Origin: Fibrobacteria bacterium | GTDB lineage: Bacteria; Fibrobacterota; Fibrobacteria; UBA11236; JADFYW01 | DNA: 39,591 nucleotides | Direction of reading: 5' to 3' | Assembly: GCA_050294405.1 (NCBI GenBank) | Contig: JBNKOC010000015.1 | Coordinates: forward strand, 1 to 39,591 | Part shown: piece after piece, positions 1 to 7,895 of the stretch | Layout of the letters: each line of letters starts with the position of its first letter | Position numbering within the stretch: position 1 is the stretch's first letter | Translations under genes and position numbers: made by a program | The notes under the pieces: model-generated | Databases searched by the model: none | Told to the model about the DNA's origin: nothing | Seen by the model: only the letters and a program-made list of their open reading frames with translations

Positions 1-1147
1 CACTAGGTGATTGAGGAGCCAAAATAGGCATGGGACTTTCACCGTTTCTCCCATAAAGGGCTTGTAACAAATCTGCCTGTTCAGTTTTGGTGGGAAGACC
101 TGTGCTGGGCCCACCCCTCTGAATGTTAATTATAATCAGAGGCAACTCAGTTATAACCGCAAGCCCCATAAATTCAGATTTTAAACATATGCCTGGACCA
201 CTGGTTCCGGTAATTCCAATTTGTCCGGCAAAACTGGCTCCCAAAGCCACGCCAATAGCACTGATTTCATCTTCTGCCTGAACTGTTTTAACATTAAAGT
301 TTTTGTACTTGGCCAGGCCTTCTAAGATGGAAGAAGCTGGAGTAATGGGATAGCTGCCATAAACCAAATCTTTTTTAGAAATATCCGAGGCTGCCACCAA
401 ACCCAAGACCAAGGCTTCGTTTCCGGTAATTTTTCGATAGGTCCCTGGCTCTACAACAGCTTTGGGAACTTTAAAATGCACAGGCATGGCTTCCACAGTT
501 TCGCCATAGAAATAGCCCGCTTTCAAAACCTTGGTGTTGGCATCGGCCACTTCTGTCTTTTTAGCCCACTTTGTAGAAATCCATTTTAAGCTGAATTCCA
601 GGGAACGGTCATAAACCCAAAACATAAAGCCAAGAGCAAAAAAGTTTTTGCACTGGGTTTTCTGGGAACTTTTTAGCGGGCTATCCGCAAGCGCCTCTTT
701 GGTCATCCCTGTAATATCAATTCGCACCACCTGGTAGCGGGCGTCCAATTCTTCTGTTTCAAGGGGATTGACCTCGTAGCCAGCTTTTTTCAAGTTGTCT
801 GGGGTAAAAGCAGCAGTATTTACCACCAAGAGCCCTTTTTCCTTTAACTCGGGAAGGTTAACCTTTAAGGCAGCGGGGTTCATTGCCACCAAGGCGTCAG
901 GCGCATCTCCGGGAGTTAATATTTCCCGCTGGCCAAATTGAATTTGAAAACCTGATACCCCCGGTAAGGTTCCCTGTGGAGCCCTGATTTCTGCTGGGAA
1001 ATCGGGAAAAGTGCTTATATCATTTCCCATTAAGGCAGAGCTGTCGGTAAATTGCTCACCTACAGTTTGCATACCATCACCCGAATCGCCTGCAAAGCGG
1101 ACTACTACAGACCCTATCTCCTGAACGCTTTTAACTGAATCAGCCAC
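1..1147 (-). CDS. korA: 2-oxoacid:ferredoxin oxidoreductase subunit alpha (3' end runs off the window)
   Basis: Not in the ORF track. Manual translation gives VADSVKSVQEIGSVVVRFAGDSGDGMQ, DFPAEIRAPQGTLPGVSGFQI, SYPITPAS, QAEDEISA, TSGPG and RGGPSTGLPTKTEQ. GTG start at 1147 is 8 nt after AGGAGGA; alternative ATG at 1156 overlaps the CBS stop (ATGA). Confidence 0.92.
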   Translation of the reverse strand, partial: MADSVKSVQEIGSVVVRFAGDSGDGMQTVGEQFTDSSALMGNDISTFPDFPAEIRAPQGTLPGVSGFQIQFGQREILTPGDAPDALVAMNPAALKVNLPELKEKGLLVVNTAAFTPDNLKKAGYEVNPLETEELDARYQVVRIDITGMTKEALADSPLKSSQKTQCKNFFALGFMFWVYDRSLEFSLKWISTKWAKKTEVADANTKVLKAGYFYGETVEAMPVHFKVPKAVVEPGTYRKITGNEALVLGLVAASDISKKDLVYGSYPITPASSILEGLAKYKNFNVKTVQAEDEISAIGVALGASFAGQIGITGTSGPGICLKSEFMGLAVITELPLIIINIQRGGPSTGLPTKTEQADLLQALYGRNGESPMPILAPQSPS

Positions 1148-1152
1148 TGGCT

Positions 1153-1629
1153 TCATCCTCCTTCTACTTGCTTGGGAATTTTTCTTTCATCGGGAGGCAA
1201 ATTTAAAACGTCCCGTGGCAAATTCTCAGCGATGAAATAAACTAATACTCTAACAGACAATAAACCTTTTACTTCTTTTTTCTTGGTTAGAATAGGAAGA
1301 TGCCTGAAATGTTTTTTACCCATAACATAAACAGCCTGGGAAACACTGTCGTCTTCCTTCAGAGTAAAGGGATTGGCGGTCATAACTTCTTCAACTTTAG
1401 TGCTGGCAGACAATGAGGTGCCTACAAATTTCTTCATAAGGTCTCTTTCTGTGAAAAGACCTACCACTTCTTTGTTTGAGCCTAAAAGGATAATGCAACC
1501 ACAGCGGTGCTTTTGCATGGTGCTGATAACAGCACTTATTGGGGTATCGGAGGGCAAGGTAATAGCCTGCTGCAATGGCAGATGACCTACTTGCTCAGCC
1601 CACATTTCTGAGGCATTGCTGATATCCAA
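1153..1629 (-). CDS. tandem CBS-domain protein
   Basis: Two CBS motifs (VVGLFTERDL; VEEVMTANP...FRHLPI...GLLS). GGAGG RBS precedes the TTG start. Confidence 0.9.
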   Translation of the reverse strand: MDISNASEMWAEQVGHLPLQQAITLPSDTPISAVISTMQKHRCGCIILLGSNKEVVGLFTERDLMKKFVGTSLSASTKVEEVMTANPFTLKEDDSVSQAVYVMGKKHFRHLPILTKKKEVKGLLSVRVLVYFIAENLPRDVLNLPPDERKIPKQVEGG

Positions 1630-1659
1630 GGTTTACCTCCTAAATTATTAAACATTGGC

Positions 1660-1688
1660 AATATAGTAAGGCTTTTGATTCCCAGCAA
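1660..1688 (-). promoter_or_regulatory. putative sigma70 promoter for the CBS-korA operon
   Basis: TTGCTG-N17-TATATT on the minus strand, about 30 nt upstream of the CBS start. Confidence 0.35.
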
Positions 1689-1835
1689 ATTAACAAATTA
1701 TTATTCTACCCTTTTAACATTGCAAAAACATTAAATTCATTACATGCAAGAAAAGTTAAAAGTTGCTATCTATACTACCACTATAAAACCAGATTTTCAG
1801 AGGCCTCCAGGCTGTTATAACAAAGGATTGCCATT

Positions 1836-2045
1836 ATGCTAGGCGGAATAGGTCCCACAGAATTAATCATTATTTTTTTGATTGTGATTTTAATCTTCGG
1901 CGGAAAAAAAATTCCCGAAATTGCCAAGGGCCTGGGCAAGGGTATCAAGGAGTTTAAGTCCGCCCAAAAAGAACCGGATAAACTAGACGAAAACAGCGAG
2001 AAAAAAGAAGAAGATTCTCAAACAAAGTCCGATCCCAAGGCTTAA
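1836..2045 (+). CDS. tatA: twin-arginine translocase TatA/TatE subunit
   Basis: [38 protein letters not shown] is the canonical TatA signature; AAGGA RBS. Confidence 0.96.
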   Translation: MLGGIGPTELIIIFLIVILIFGGKKIPEIAKGLGKGIKEFKSAQKEPDKLDENSEKKEEDSQTKSDPKA

Positions 2046-2072
2046 TTAGCCTTCCTCGCAGATTTTGATTTT

Positions 2073-3032
2073 ATGTTTTTCACTGCTTTTTCCATCCGAG
2101 TTTTCGGTTTTTACCTTCCTCTGGGATTTATTTTAGCGCTGAATTTTGCCTGGGCTGAAAAAGCGCCCCAAAGCCCAAAAACAACGAACTCCAAAACTTT
2201 GGCCATGCTGGATTTAGTGGATTTATCCACCAATAAAACCTTGCCCAATCTTTCTGCAAAGTTAAACAGCCAAATCGCAACTATAGACAGATTTAAAATT
2301 TTGGATAGAGATGAAGCCATAAAACGCTTGGAAAAATACAACCGCTATTTGTTTGTAAGCTGTAACGATCCTCAATGCGCCTTTGATTTGGGAGGAATGC
2401 TGGAAACAGATTACATCCTGTTCGGCACAGCCACCCGTTACGAGGACATGGGAATTCTCACTTTAAAACTTATGAACTTGGCGGATGCCAAAATTGTGTG
2501 GTCCCATATTTTAACTTCTAAAGCCGACGTAGAAAGCATGGAGCAGAGTTTTAAAAATTTTGCCCAGTCCCTTAAGAATGCGAGTTTTAATTCCAAACGC
2601 ATTCAGGATGACGCCCTCATGGCAGTATTAGCTTTTGGAGATACTACAATAGCTGGAAAAATTGTTACGGAACGTGTCTACGCCCACGCCTACCAAAGCG
2701 AACATTATGAAGTGATGAGCAGCACGGAAACTGCGGAGCTTTTTTCCGCTTTGGAAATTGACCCCAGCAATATTGAAAACTCTCTTTTTGCCATTAAAGA
2801 TTTGGGAAAGAAACTCGGCGTAAAGGCAATACTTTACTCGGCTTATGGAACTGAAGGTGTCGCCCATAAGCACGGGGTTAGCCTCTTTGACATTAAATCC
2901 AAATCTGTGATTTTAAGCATGCCGCCCTTCAAGCAATCCAGTTTTAGGCACTTGCTCAGCTTGGAAAAATCCTTTTTTGTGGGAATGGAAAAAATCCTAA
3001 GCAAAAAATCTCTGGGGAAATCAAAAAAATAA
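2073..3032 (+). CDS. exported hypothetical protein with two tandem CsgG/TolB-N-like alpha/beta domains
   Basis: Signal-peptide-like N-terminus (FILALNFAWA); CxxxxCAFDLGGML motif; clear similarity to 29587-30816. Confidence 0.55.
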   Translation: MFFTAFSIRVFGFYLPLGFILALNFAWAEKAPQSPKTTNSKTLAMLDLVDLSTNKTLPNLSAKLNSQIATIDRFKILDRDEAIKRLEKYNRYLFVSCNDPQCAFDLGGMLETDYILFGTATRYEDMGILTLKLMNLADAKIVWSHILTSKADVESMEQSFKNFAQSLKNASFNSKRIQDDALMAVLAFGDTTIAGKIVTERVYAHAYQSEHYEVMSSTETAELFSALEIDPSNIENSLFAIKDLGKKLGVKAILYSAYGTEGVAHKHGVSLFDIKSKSVILSMPPFKQSSFRHLLSLEKSFFVGMEKILSKKSLGKSKK

Positions 3033-3067
3033 CCCTAAGATCAAATAGCGAAAACTCCTGAGTAAAG

Positions 3068-4141
3068 CTACGAGCTTTTCATTTCTCTATCCAACCTTTC
3101 CATTAACCCCCTAAAAAGATTTCGATAATTTTTACTTTTGAACTGGCCCCAGGCCTCTCTCAATGCAGGCAAACTCATTCCAAATAAAGAAGGCAATAAA
3201 GGCAAGGCCAGAGAAATTCCCTGAAAGTATAAACCCTTGGGAAACCAGGTTTTAGGAGAATCCATTAACCAAAGGGAAAGGGCTTTTCCCAGCAAAATAA
3301 TGTTTAGCGTACGCAAAAAATAATAACCAAAGTTTTGCAAGCCCTCGCGGGTTATCCATTCTCCCAGCAAGTATACCCCGTCCGGTTGAAACAAATAAAA
3401 CCAGGCCAGGTAAAAGTAAAAGGGCCAGGCATAAAAAACCAAAGGCCATATGTGTTTGCGCATACTAAAGCCAACCACAACAGCCAAAACTCCCTGAGCC
3501 CATATTCCAGGGATTACAAAACAAACCACTAATAAGAAAATAAGGATTAGGCCCCACGCCCAGTTAACAGATCCCGATTCTACAACTTCAATTTCCTTTG
3601 GATTAGAGGCGAGAACCTTTCTTTCCAAAATTTCGTTTAGGCCTGCCCAACTCATTTTACATAACAAGGAAACTGCAATACCGCTCAATACCGACCAGGT
3701 TAATAGAGGGGCTAGTTGAAAATAAAACGCCTTATGCTGCACCAGCAAAAAGTTTACAGCAACCAACTGAAGCACATTAAAACTAGCCGCCATGGCTACG
3801 GCGAGCCCACTTAGGCCCAGTATATTTTTATGGTAGAGTTTGAGCAAAGCTGGCACCAGTACCATAAAGGTGAGGATTCCAGCAAAGGAACTAATCAAAA
3901 AGGAGCTGAGCATTTGTCCTCCATAGAGAACAGATAGAAGGTTCCTGCAAATAAAAAGTCCAGTAGCGTCTTTCCAGCCAAACTGAATGGCAAAGGGCAG
4001 AATCACCACATAAGACAATCCAAATCGCAGCCATGGGAAAATGGGCAATTTAGGTAACATGGAGTCCATAATTTGCAAAGCCGTGGCCAGTAAAAGAAAG
4101 AAAGCAAAGCTATGCGCATTTAATGTTATTGCCTTTTTCAT
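3068..4141 (-). CDS. Gx transporter (HepS-like/ECF S-component-like) membrane protein fused to an EcfT/CbiQ-like C-terminal half
   Basis: N-half IMDSMLPKLPIFPWLRFGLS...RNLL is typical of the Gx transporter family. C-half WITREGLQNFGYYFLR resembles EcfT. Multiple TM segments; adjacent to a NusG-II gene. Confidence 0.7.
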   Translation of the reverse strand: MKKAITLNAHSFAFFLLLATALQIMDSMLPKLPIFPWLRFGLSYVVILPFAIQFGWKDATGLFICRNLLSVLYGGQMLSSFLISSFAGILTFMVLVPALLKLYHKNILGLSGLAVAMAASFNVLQLVAVNFLLVQHKAFYFQLAPLLTWSVLSGIAVSLLCKMSWAGLNEILERKVLASNPKEIEVVESGSVNWAWGLILIFLLVVCFVIPGIWAQGVLAVVVGFSMRKHIWPLVFYAWPFYFYLAWFYLFQPDGVYLLGEWITREGLQNFGYYFLRTLNIILLGKALSLWLMDSPKTWFPKGLYFQGISLALPLLPSLFGMSLPALREAWGQFKSKNYRNLFRGLMERLDREMKSS

Positions 4142-4599
4142 TAATAACTGACCCCATCCAAGTTATTTTTCGACGGAGCGTTGGAGCCCCCCCGAATGGA
4201 AATCCAAAGCCGGGATGGAAGACAAATGATTTTTTGGGAGGTTCTGGATATGGACCCCATATGTTTGCAAATTTTTTGACGACAGGGAGCTCTCAAAACT
4301 CTGATTTGACCCTCACCCACTTCAAGAAAAACAGGGCCTTTAAAACCCAACACTTCTTTTTCTCTTAAAGGGCTGTTTAAATCAAAACTGGCCATTTTTT
4401 TATTTTGGCAATATACATCGGCATATTGGCCCGGGGATCCTTTTACCCAAAAGTAAGAGAAAAAGGCCAGAACACATATTCCTATAATAATAGACATATC
4501 CATCGGGCGAAAAACATGGACCGCCTTTTGTTCTGGATTTGGGGTGGAGTTTGTGGCCGAATCTAAATTATTTTCAGGACCCGTTTCAGTCGTTTTCAA
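4141..4599 (-). CDS. NusG domain II-containing (DUF1312-like) membrane-anchored protein
   Basis: N-terminal TM helix; APCRQKICKHMGSIS...IICLPSRL three-cysteine signature. Confidence 0.88.
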   Translation of the reverse strand: MKTTETGPENNLDSATNSTPNPEQKAVHVFRPMDMSIIIGICVLAFFSYFWVKGSPGQYADVYCQNKKMASFDLNSPLREKEVLGFKGPVFLEVGEGQIRVLRAPCRQKICKHMGSISRTSQKIICLPSRLWISIRGGSNAPSKNNLDGVSY

Positions 4600-4945
4600 A
4601 AGAAATTTGGTCGATTAAAGTTTGGATTATGGTTTTTGCTTCACTGGAAAGCTCTTTAAACTGAAAACCAGAATCAAAAAGCACTGGGTTAATATCATTT
4701 TTACTCCACATGCTTTGAGCTTGCACATCAATGGATTCCGTCCCATCCATTTTTTGGGGCAATTCAATTTTGAATTCAAATAACCTGCCAGTAGGAATGG
4801 CGTCTTCGGATATTAGCATCATACCCGCTGATGTAATATCTACCAGATTTCCAATTTGCTCGGAGTTTTTTTTATCAAAAACTTTTAAATAATAGATGAG
4901 TTTACGACGAGCGTATTTTCGTTTTTCATTTTGTGAATCGGCCAT
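4586..4945 (-). CDS. stand-alone PilZ-domain protein
   Basis: EKRKYARR (RxxxR) and VDITSAG (DxS/TxxG) c-di-GMP motifs; likely ATG at 4945 (ORF track begins at 4963). Confidence 0.88.
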   Translation of the reverse strand: MADSQNEKRKYARRKLIYYLKVFDKKNSEQIGNLVDITSAGMMLISEDAIPTGRLFEFKIELPQKMDGTESIDVQAQSMWSKNDINPVLFDSGFQFKELSSEAKTIIQTLIDQISFEND

Positions 4946-5098
4946 CCTGCGTAATATAAACAAATTATCGAGTTACTTGCCACGGCATTTTATAGATTTT
5001 TTTTCAAATCATTTATCTACTGCAAAGTATTTAACCCACACTAATATTTGAAATTATAAAAACACCATAAATTATTGTTTTAAAACAAGTTAAAAAGT

Positions 5099-6352
5099 TT
5101 AGTTTTGAAGATACAGGAGGGGTTCCCATTGGAAACTATCCAATTTTACCAGGGGGTGTCTCAAACTTTTGCCCCCCAATTTTGCATTAGCTACACTATC
5201 ATCTATCTCGGCCAAAACATAATCCAAGGCATTGTCTCCTGCGTTAAGTTCAACTTGAGGGGGAATTCCCACTTCATCATAACTTTCTCCTTCCACAGGA
5301 TTAATAACCATAGCTGTTATTTTGGCAAGGCCGGCAAATTGAGGAGGATTGTAAAAAATTACTTGCCCCCTTCCCTTACCATAGCTTGGACTGCCCACAG
5401 TAGTAATATCAGGGTAATGAGAAGTTAATCCGGAAATTAATATTTCTGAAGCCGAGGCCGAATATCCGTCCATTAATATATACAAGCTTTTATCCCCCAA
5501 GCTTTGGCTGCCAGTTGATTCCAGGTTGTGGGCGTAAATTCCATTGGCAAACTCCTTAGCATACTGGGGATCTCTCTCTTCAATTTTCACCAGAGCCTTA
5601 TGGGGGCCAATAAACATTCCTGCAATTTCCAGGGTTACTCTGACCTCCCCTCCCCCGTTGTGGCGCAAATCCAAAATAATAACTTTAGCCGTTTTCAATT
5701 TAGGCAAATAGGGCTTTAACTCTTCGGCAGTCCCAATGGAGTTTTCGTCTGCCCCAATAAAAGAGCTTATTTGTATTTGAAAAACATCGGGAGCCAAACT
5801 ATCCACAAAAACCGAAGGGGCTATATATCCCGCTAAAACTACAGAAATGTTTTTTTTTCCATTTCTTAGCACCACTAAATTTTTAGTATCCCCTTCCTGC
5901 CCTCGAAGAAGCTGGCTAAATTCCGTATCCGATGAAGATTCAAAAGCCACATCCCCGATTTGGATAATGGTATCTCCCTGCATAAGGCCAGCCTTTTGTG
6001 CGGGAGAATCTTCTATAACTCTTTCTATTAAAATGCCGGATTCCAATTCTTCAATATATATCCCCAGTCCCACAGATTTATTATCGAGTACATCCATAAA
6101 AGCATGGGCCTGTTCAGGATTATAATATTGGGTATATGGTTCATTTACGCTTTTGTAGAGGGCTTCCGGGTTGGGGTAAGCATCGGGTTTAGATGGCAAA
6201 TCCTCTACCCAATAGAAATAATCCCGCAGCAAATACCAACTAATGATATATTCTTCGGACTTTCCCTTGGAACCCCCGAAATCTAAAATATTGCAAGAAT
6301 TAAGGACTAATAAAAATAGGCTTAATATTACTGCGCAAATTTGCTTGTTTAT
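5099..6352 (-). CDS. S41 family C-terminal processing peptidase (PDZ + S41), probable lipoprotein
   Basis: GLGI PDZ loop, LDLRHNGGG, SASASE, SYGKG. The frame stays open upstream of 6232 and encodes a lipoprotein-type signal (ILSLFLLVLNS-C) starting at ATA 6352. Confidence 0.88.
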   Translation of the reverse strand: MNKQICAVILSLFLLVLNSCNILDFGGSKGKSEEYIISWYLLRDYFYWVEDLPSKPDAYPNPEALYKSVNEPYTQYYNPEQAHAFMDVLDNKSVGLGIYIEELESGILIERVIEDSPAQKAGLMQGDTIIQIGDVAFESSSDTEFSQLLRGQEGDTKNLVVLRNGKKNISVVLAGYIAPSVFVDSLAPDVFQIQISSFIGADENSIGTAEELKPYLPKLKTAKVIILDLRHNGGGEVRVTLEIAGMFIGPHKALVKIEERDPQYAKEFANGIYAHNLESTGSQSLGDKSLYILMDGYSASASEILISGLTSHYPDITTVGSPSYGKGRGQVIFYNPPQFAGLAKITAMVINPVEGESYDEVGIPPQVELNAGDNALDYVLAEIDDSVANAKLGGKSLRHPLVKLDSFQWEPLLYLQN

Positions 6353-6429
6353 AAATAATACTCCCTGTTCCTAAGCCCCAGAAGCAAATTAACAAGCCCA
6401 GGAAAATTTGCCAAATTTATCCCTGCCAA

Positions 6430-7065
6430 TTAGAAAGCCTGGACAGCATCTTTAACCTGTTCGTTGGCCGGCTTCGCCACAGAAATTTTAGCCTCTTTTT
6501 CCAACCCTGGTGAAAATACGGCGGCCATCACCGCAGCCCTGTCCCCTTCCAACTTATAGGCTGTGTAGGCAGAGCTATTTTTAAAACTCCATTTCCAATT
6601 AAAGGACAAATAACCTTCTTTTAGATTGAGGTAGCTGAGGCTATACTTTTTTTCAGGGCTCCCATATTTTGTTTGGAAAACTTGACCCAAAAATTCGGAC
6701 TGATTTTTTAAATCCTTGTCTTCCTTTCCATGCATATAGCCGGCACTTTCAAATTCGAATTTATAAAATTTATCGTTAGCATTAAAATACATCCATACAG
6801 TGACCCGATAGTTCCCCAGGGGAAAATTACTCATCCAGATACTGGATTGGGAATGGTGCAGGCGAATTCCATTTTCACCCAATATTCCTTCTTTACTACT
6901 TTCAAATTTGTATTTGGAAACCAGCTTTTCCACCAACTTTTCTTTTTTGGTTCCAAACTCCAGATTCCCAAACCCTTTGGGCTCACCTGCAAAGGGAGCC
7001 AGCACAAGAATTTGCACGAGCATAAAAATCGGGAGTCCGAGTTTATTTTTCCACAAACAAGCCAT
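6430..7065 (-). CDS. exported hypothetical protein
   Basis: 211-aa ORF with signal peptide (MLVQILVLAPFAG), GFGNLEFG start of the mature part and a KYGSP motif. Confidence 0.65.
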   Translation of the reverse strand: MACLWKNKLGLPIFMLVQILVLAPFAGEPKGFGNLEFGTKKEKLVEKLVSKYKFESSKEGILGENGIRLHHSQSSIWMSNFPLGNYRVTVWMYFNANDKFYKFEFESAGYMHGKEDKDLKNQSEFLGQVFQTKYGSPEKKYSLSYLNLKEGYLSFNWKWSFKNSSAYTAYKLEGDRAAVMAAVFSPGLEKEAKISVAKPANEQVKDAVQAF

Positions 7066-7184
7066 GGCTAAAAAATATTATAGCCCTCATTTGGGTTAAT
7101 TTTCAATATATGGTAAGGATATTAGCCTTTTTTAAATCTAATAGTAGGGTGGAATCGGAAGCAACTTTTAAGTTAACCGGTAAA

Positions 7185-7520
7185 TTAATATTTAACCCTT
7201 TTATCGCTGAAAAATGCCTTTATTACAGAGGCAACCGCCCACCAGAAAAACAACAAACCCATAATCAAATCAAATTTTAAAGCTAGAGAAGAAATATCCG
7301 TAAAAGTTCCCAATATGCTGTGGATTTTAATTCCGTCGGCGCCTGGAGGTGGAGGGTAAATGAGCTGATAAATTTTTGCAAAACCGGGGCCACCCAAGAA
7401 ATAATCCAATAGCAAAAGTACTCCCAATGCAAAAAACAGCCAGTTTGAGGGGCTTTTCAGAGCTTTCGAGGTGGAAACATATTTTGGAGAATTTATCTGA
7501 TCTGGCATTTTTGCTCCCAT
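7185..7520 (-). CDS. small hypothetical membrane protein (2 TM)
   Basis: Two hydrophobic segments flank a YPPPPG loop. Confidence 0.55.
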   Translation of the reverse strand: MGAKMPDQINSPKYVSTSKALKSPSNWLFFALGVLLLLDYFLGGPGFAKIYQLIYPPPPGADGIKIHSILGTFTDISSLALKFDLIMGLLFFWWAVASVIKAFFSDKRVKY

Positions 7521-7610
7521 TTTGTTTTAAAAAGGCAATCCTTTTGAAGTATAATCTAACAAATGGACGGTTTCAGCGAAACCGGAATCTAAAATGGGAA
7601 AGGGGGATAA

Positions 7611-7895
7611 ATGAAGTCCAGATGGTATGACCAGGACCCGGAAATGGGAATAATTATGGACATTTTAAAAGATTGTCCAGATGGGGAATTGGATTCTTAT
7701 TTAAAGAAAATTTTAGCGGCCATAAAAAACAATGAACCCTCTCTTTTACAAATCGACAAAAGTTCTGAGTTTCCCCTTCAACTTCTGAGAAGAAGGTGGT
7801 ACGATGCCGATCCTTACCTGTGGTTAGCCGTAAACGCCATGGAACGAGCCTCTGAAAAAACCCGTCTAGAAATTAAGGGGATTTTTAAAACTTAA
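7611..7895 (+). CDS. hypothetical protein with a duplicated RWYDxDP motif
   Basis: SRWYDQDP near the N-terminus and RRWYDADP near the C-terminus; GGGGGA RBS. Confidence 0.75.
   Translation: MKSRWYDQDPEMGIIMDILKDCPDGELDSYLKKILAAIKNNEPSLLQIDKSSEFPLQLLRRRWYDADPYLWLAVNAMERASEKTRLEIKGIFKT

Noticed and set aside
1645..1750. Repeated AACATT words in the CBS/tatA divergent intergenic region
   Set aside because: Short, irregularly spaced and AT-rich; insufficient evidence for an operator
2037..2053. AAGGCT-TAATT-AGCCTT hairpin at the tatA stop as a terminator
   Set aside because: Short stem overlapping the stop codon with no adjacent U-tract
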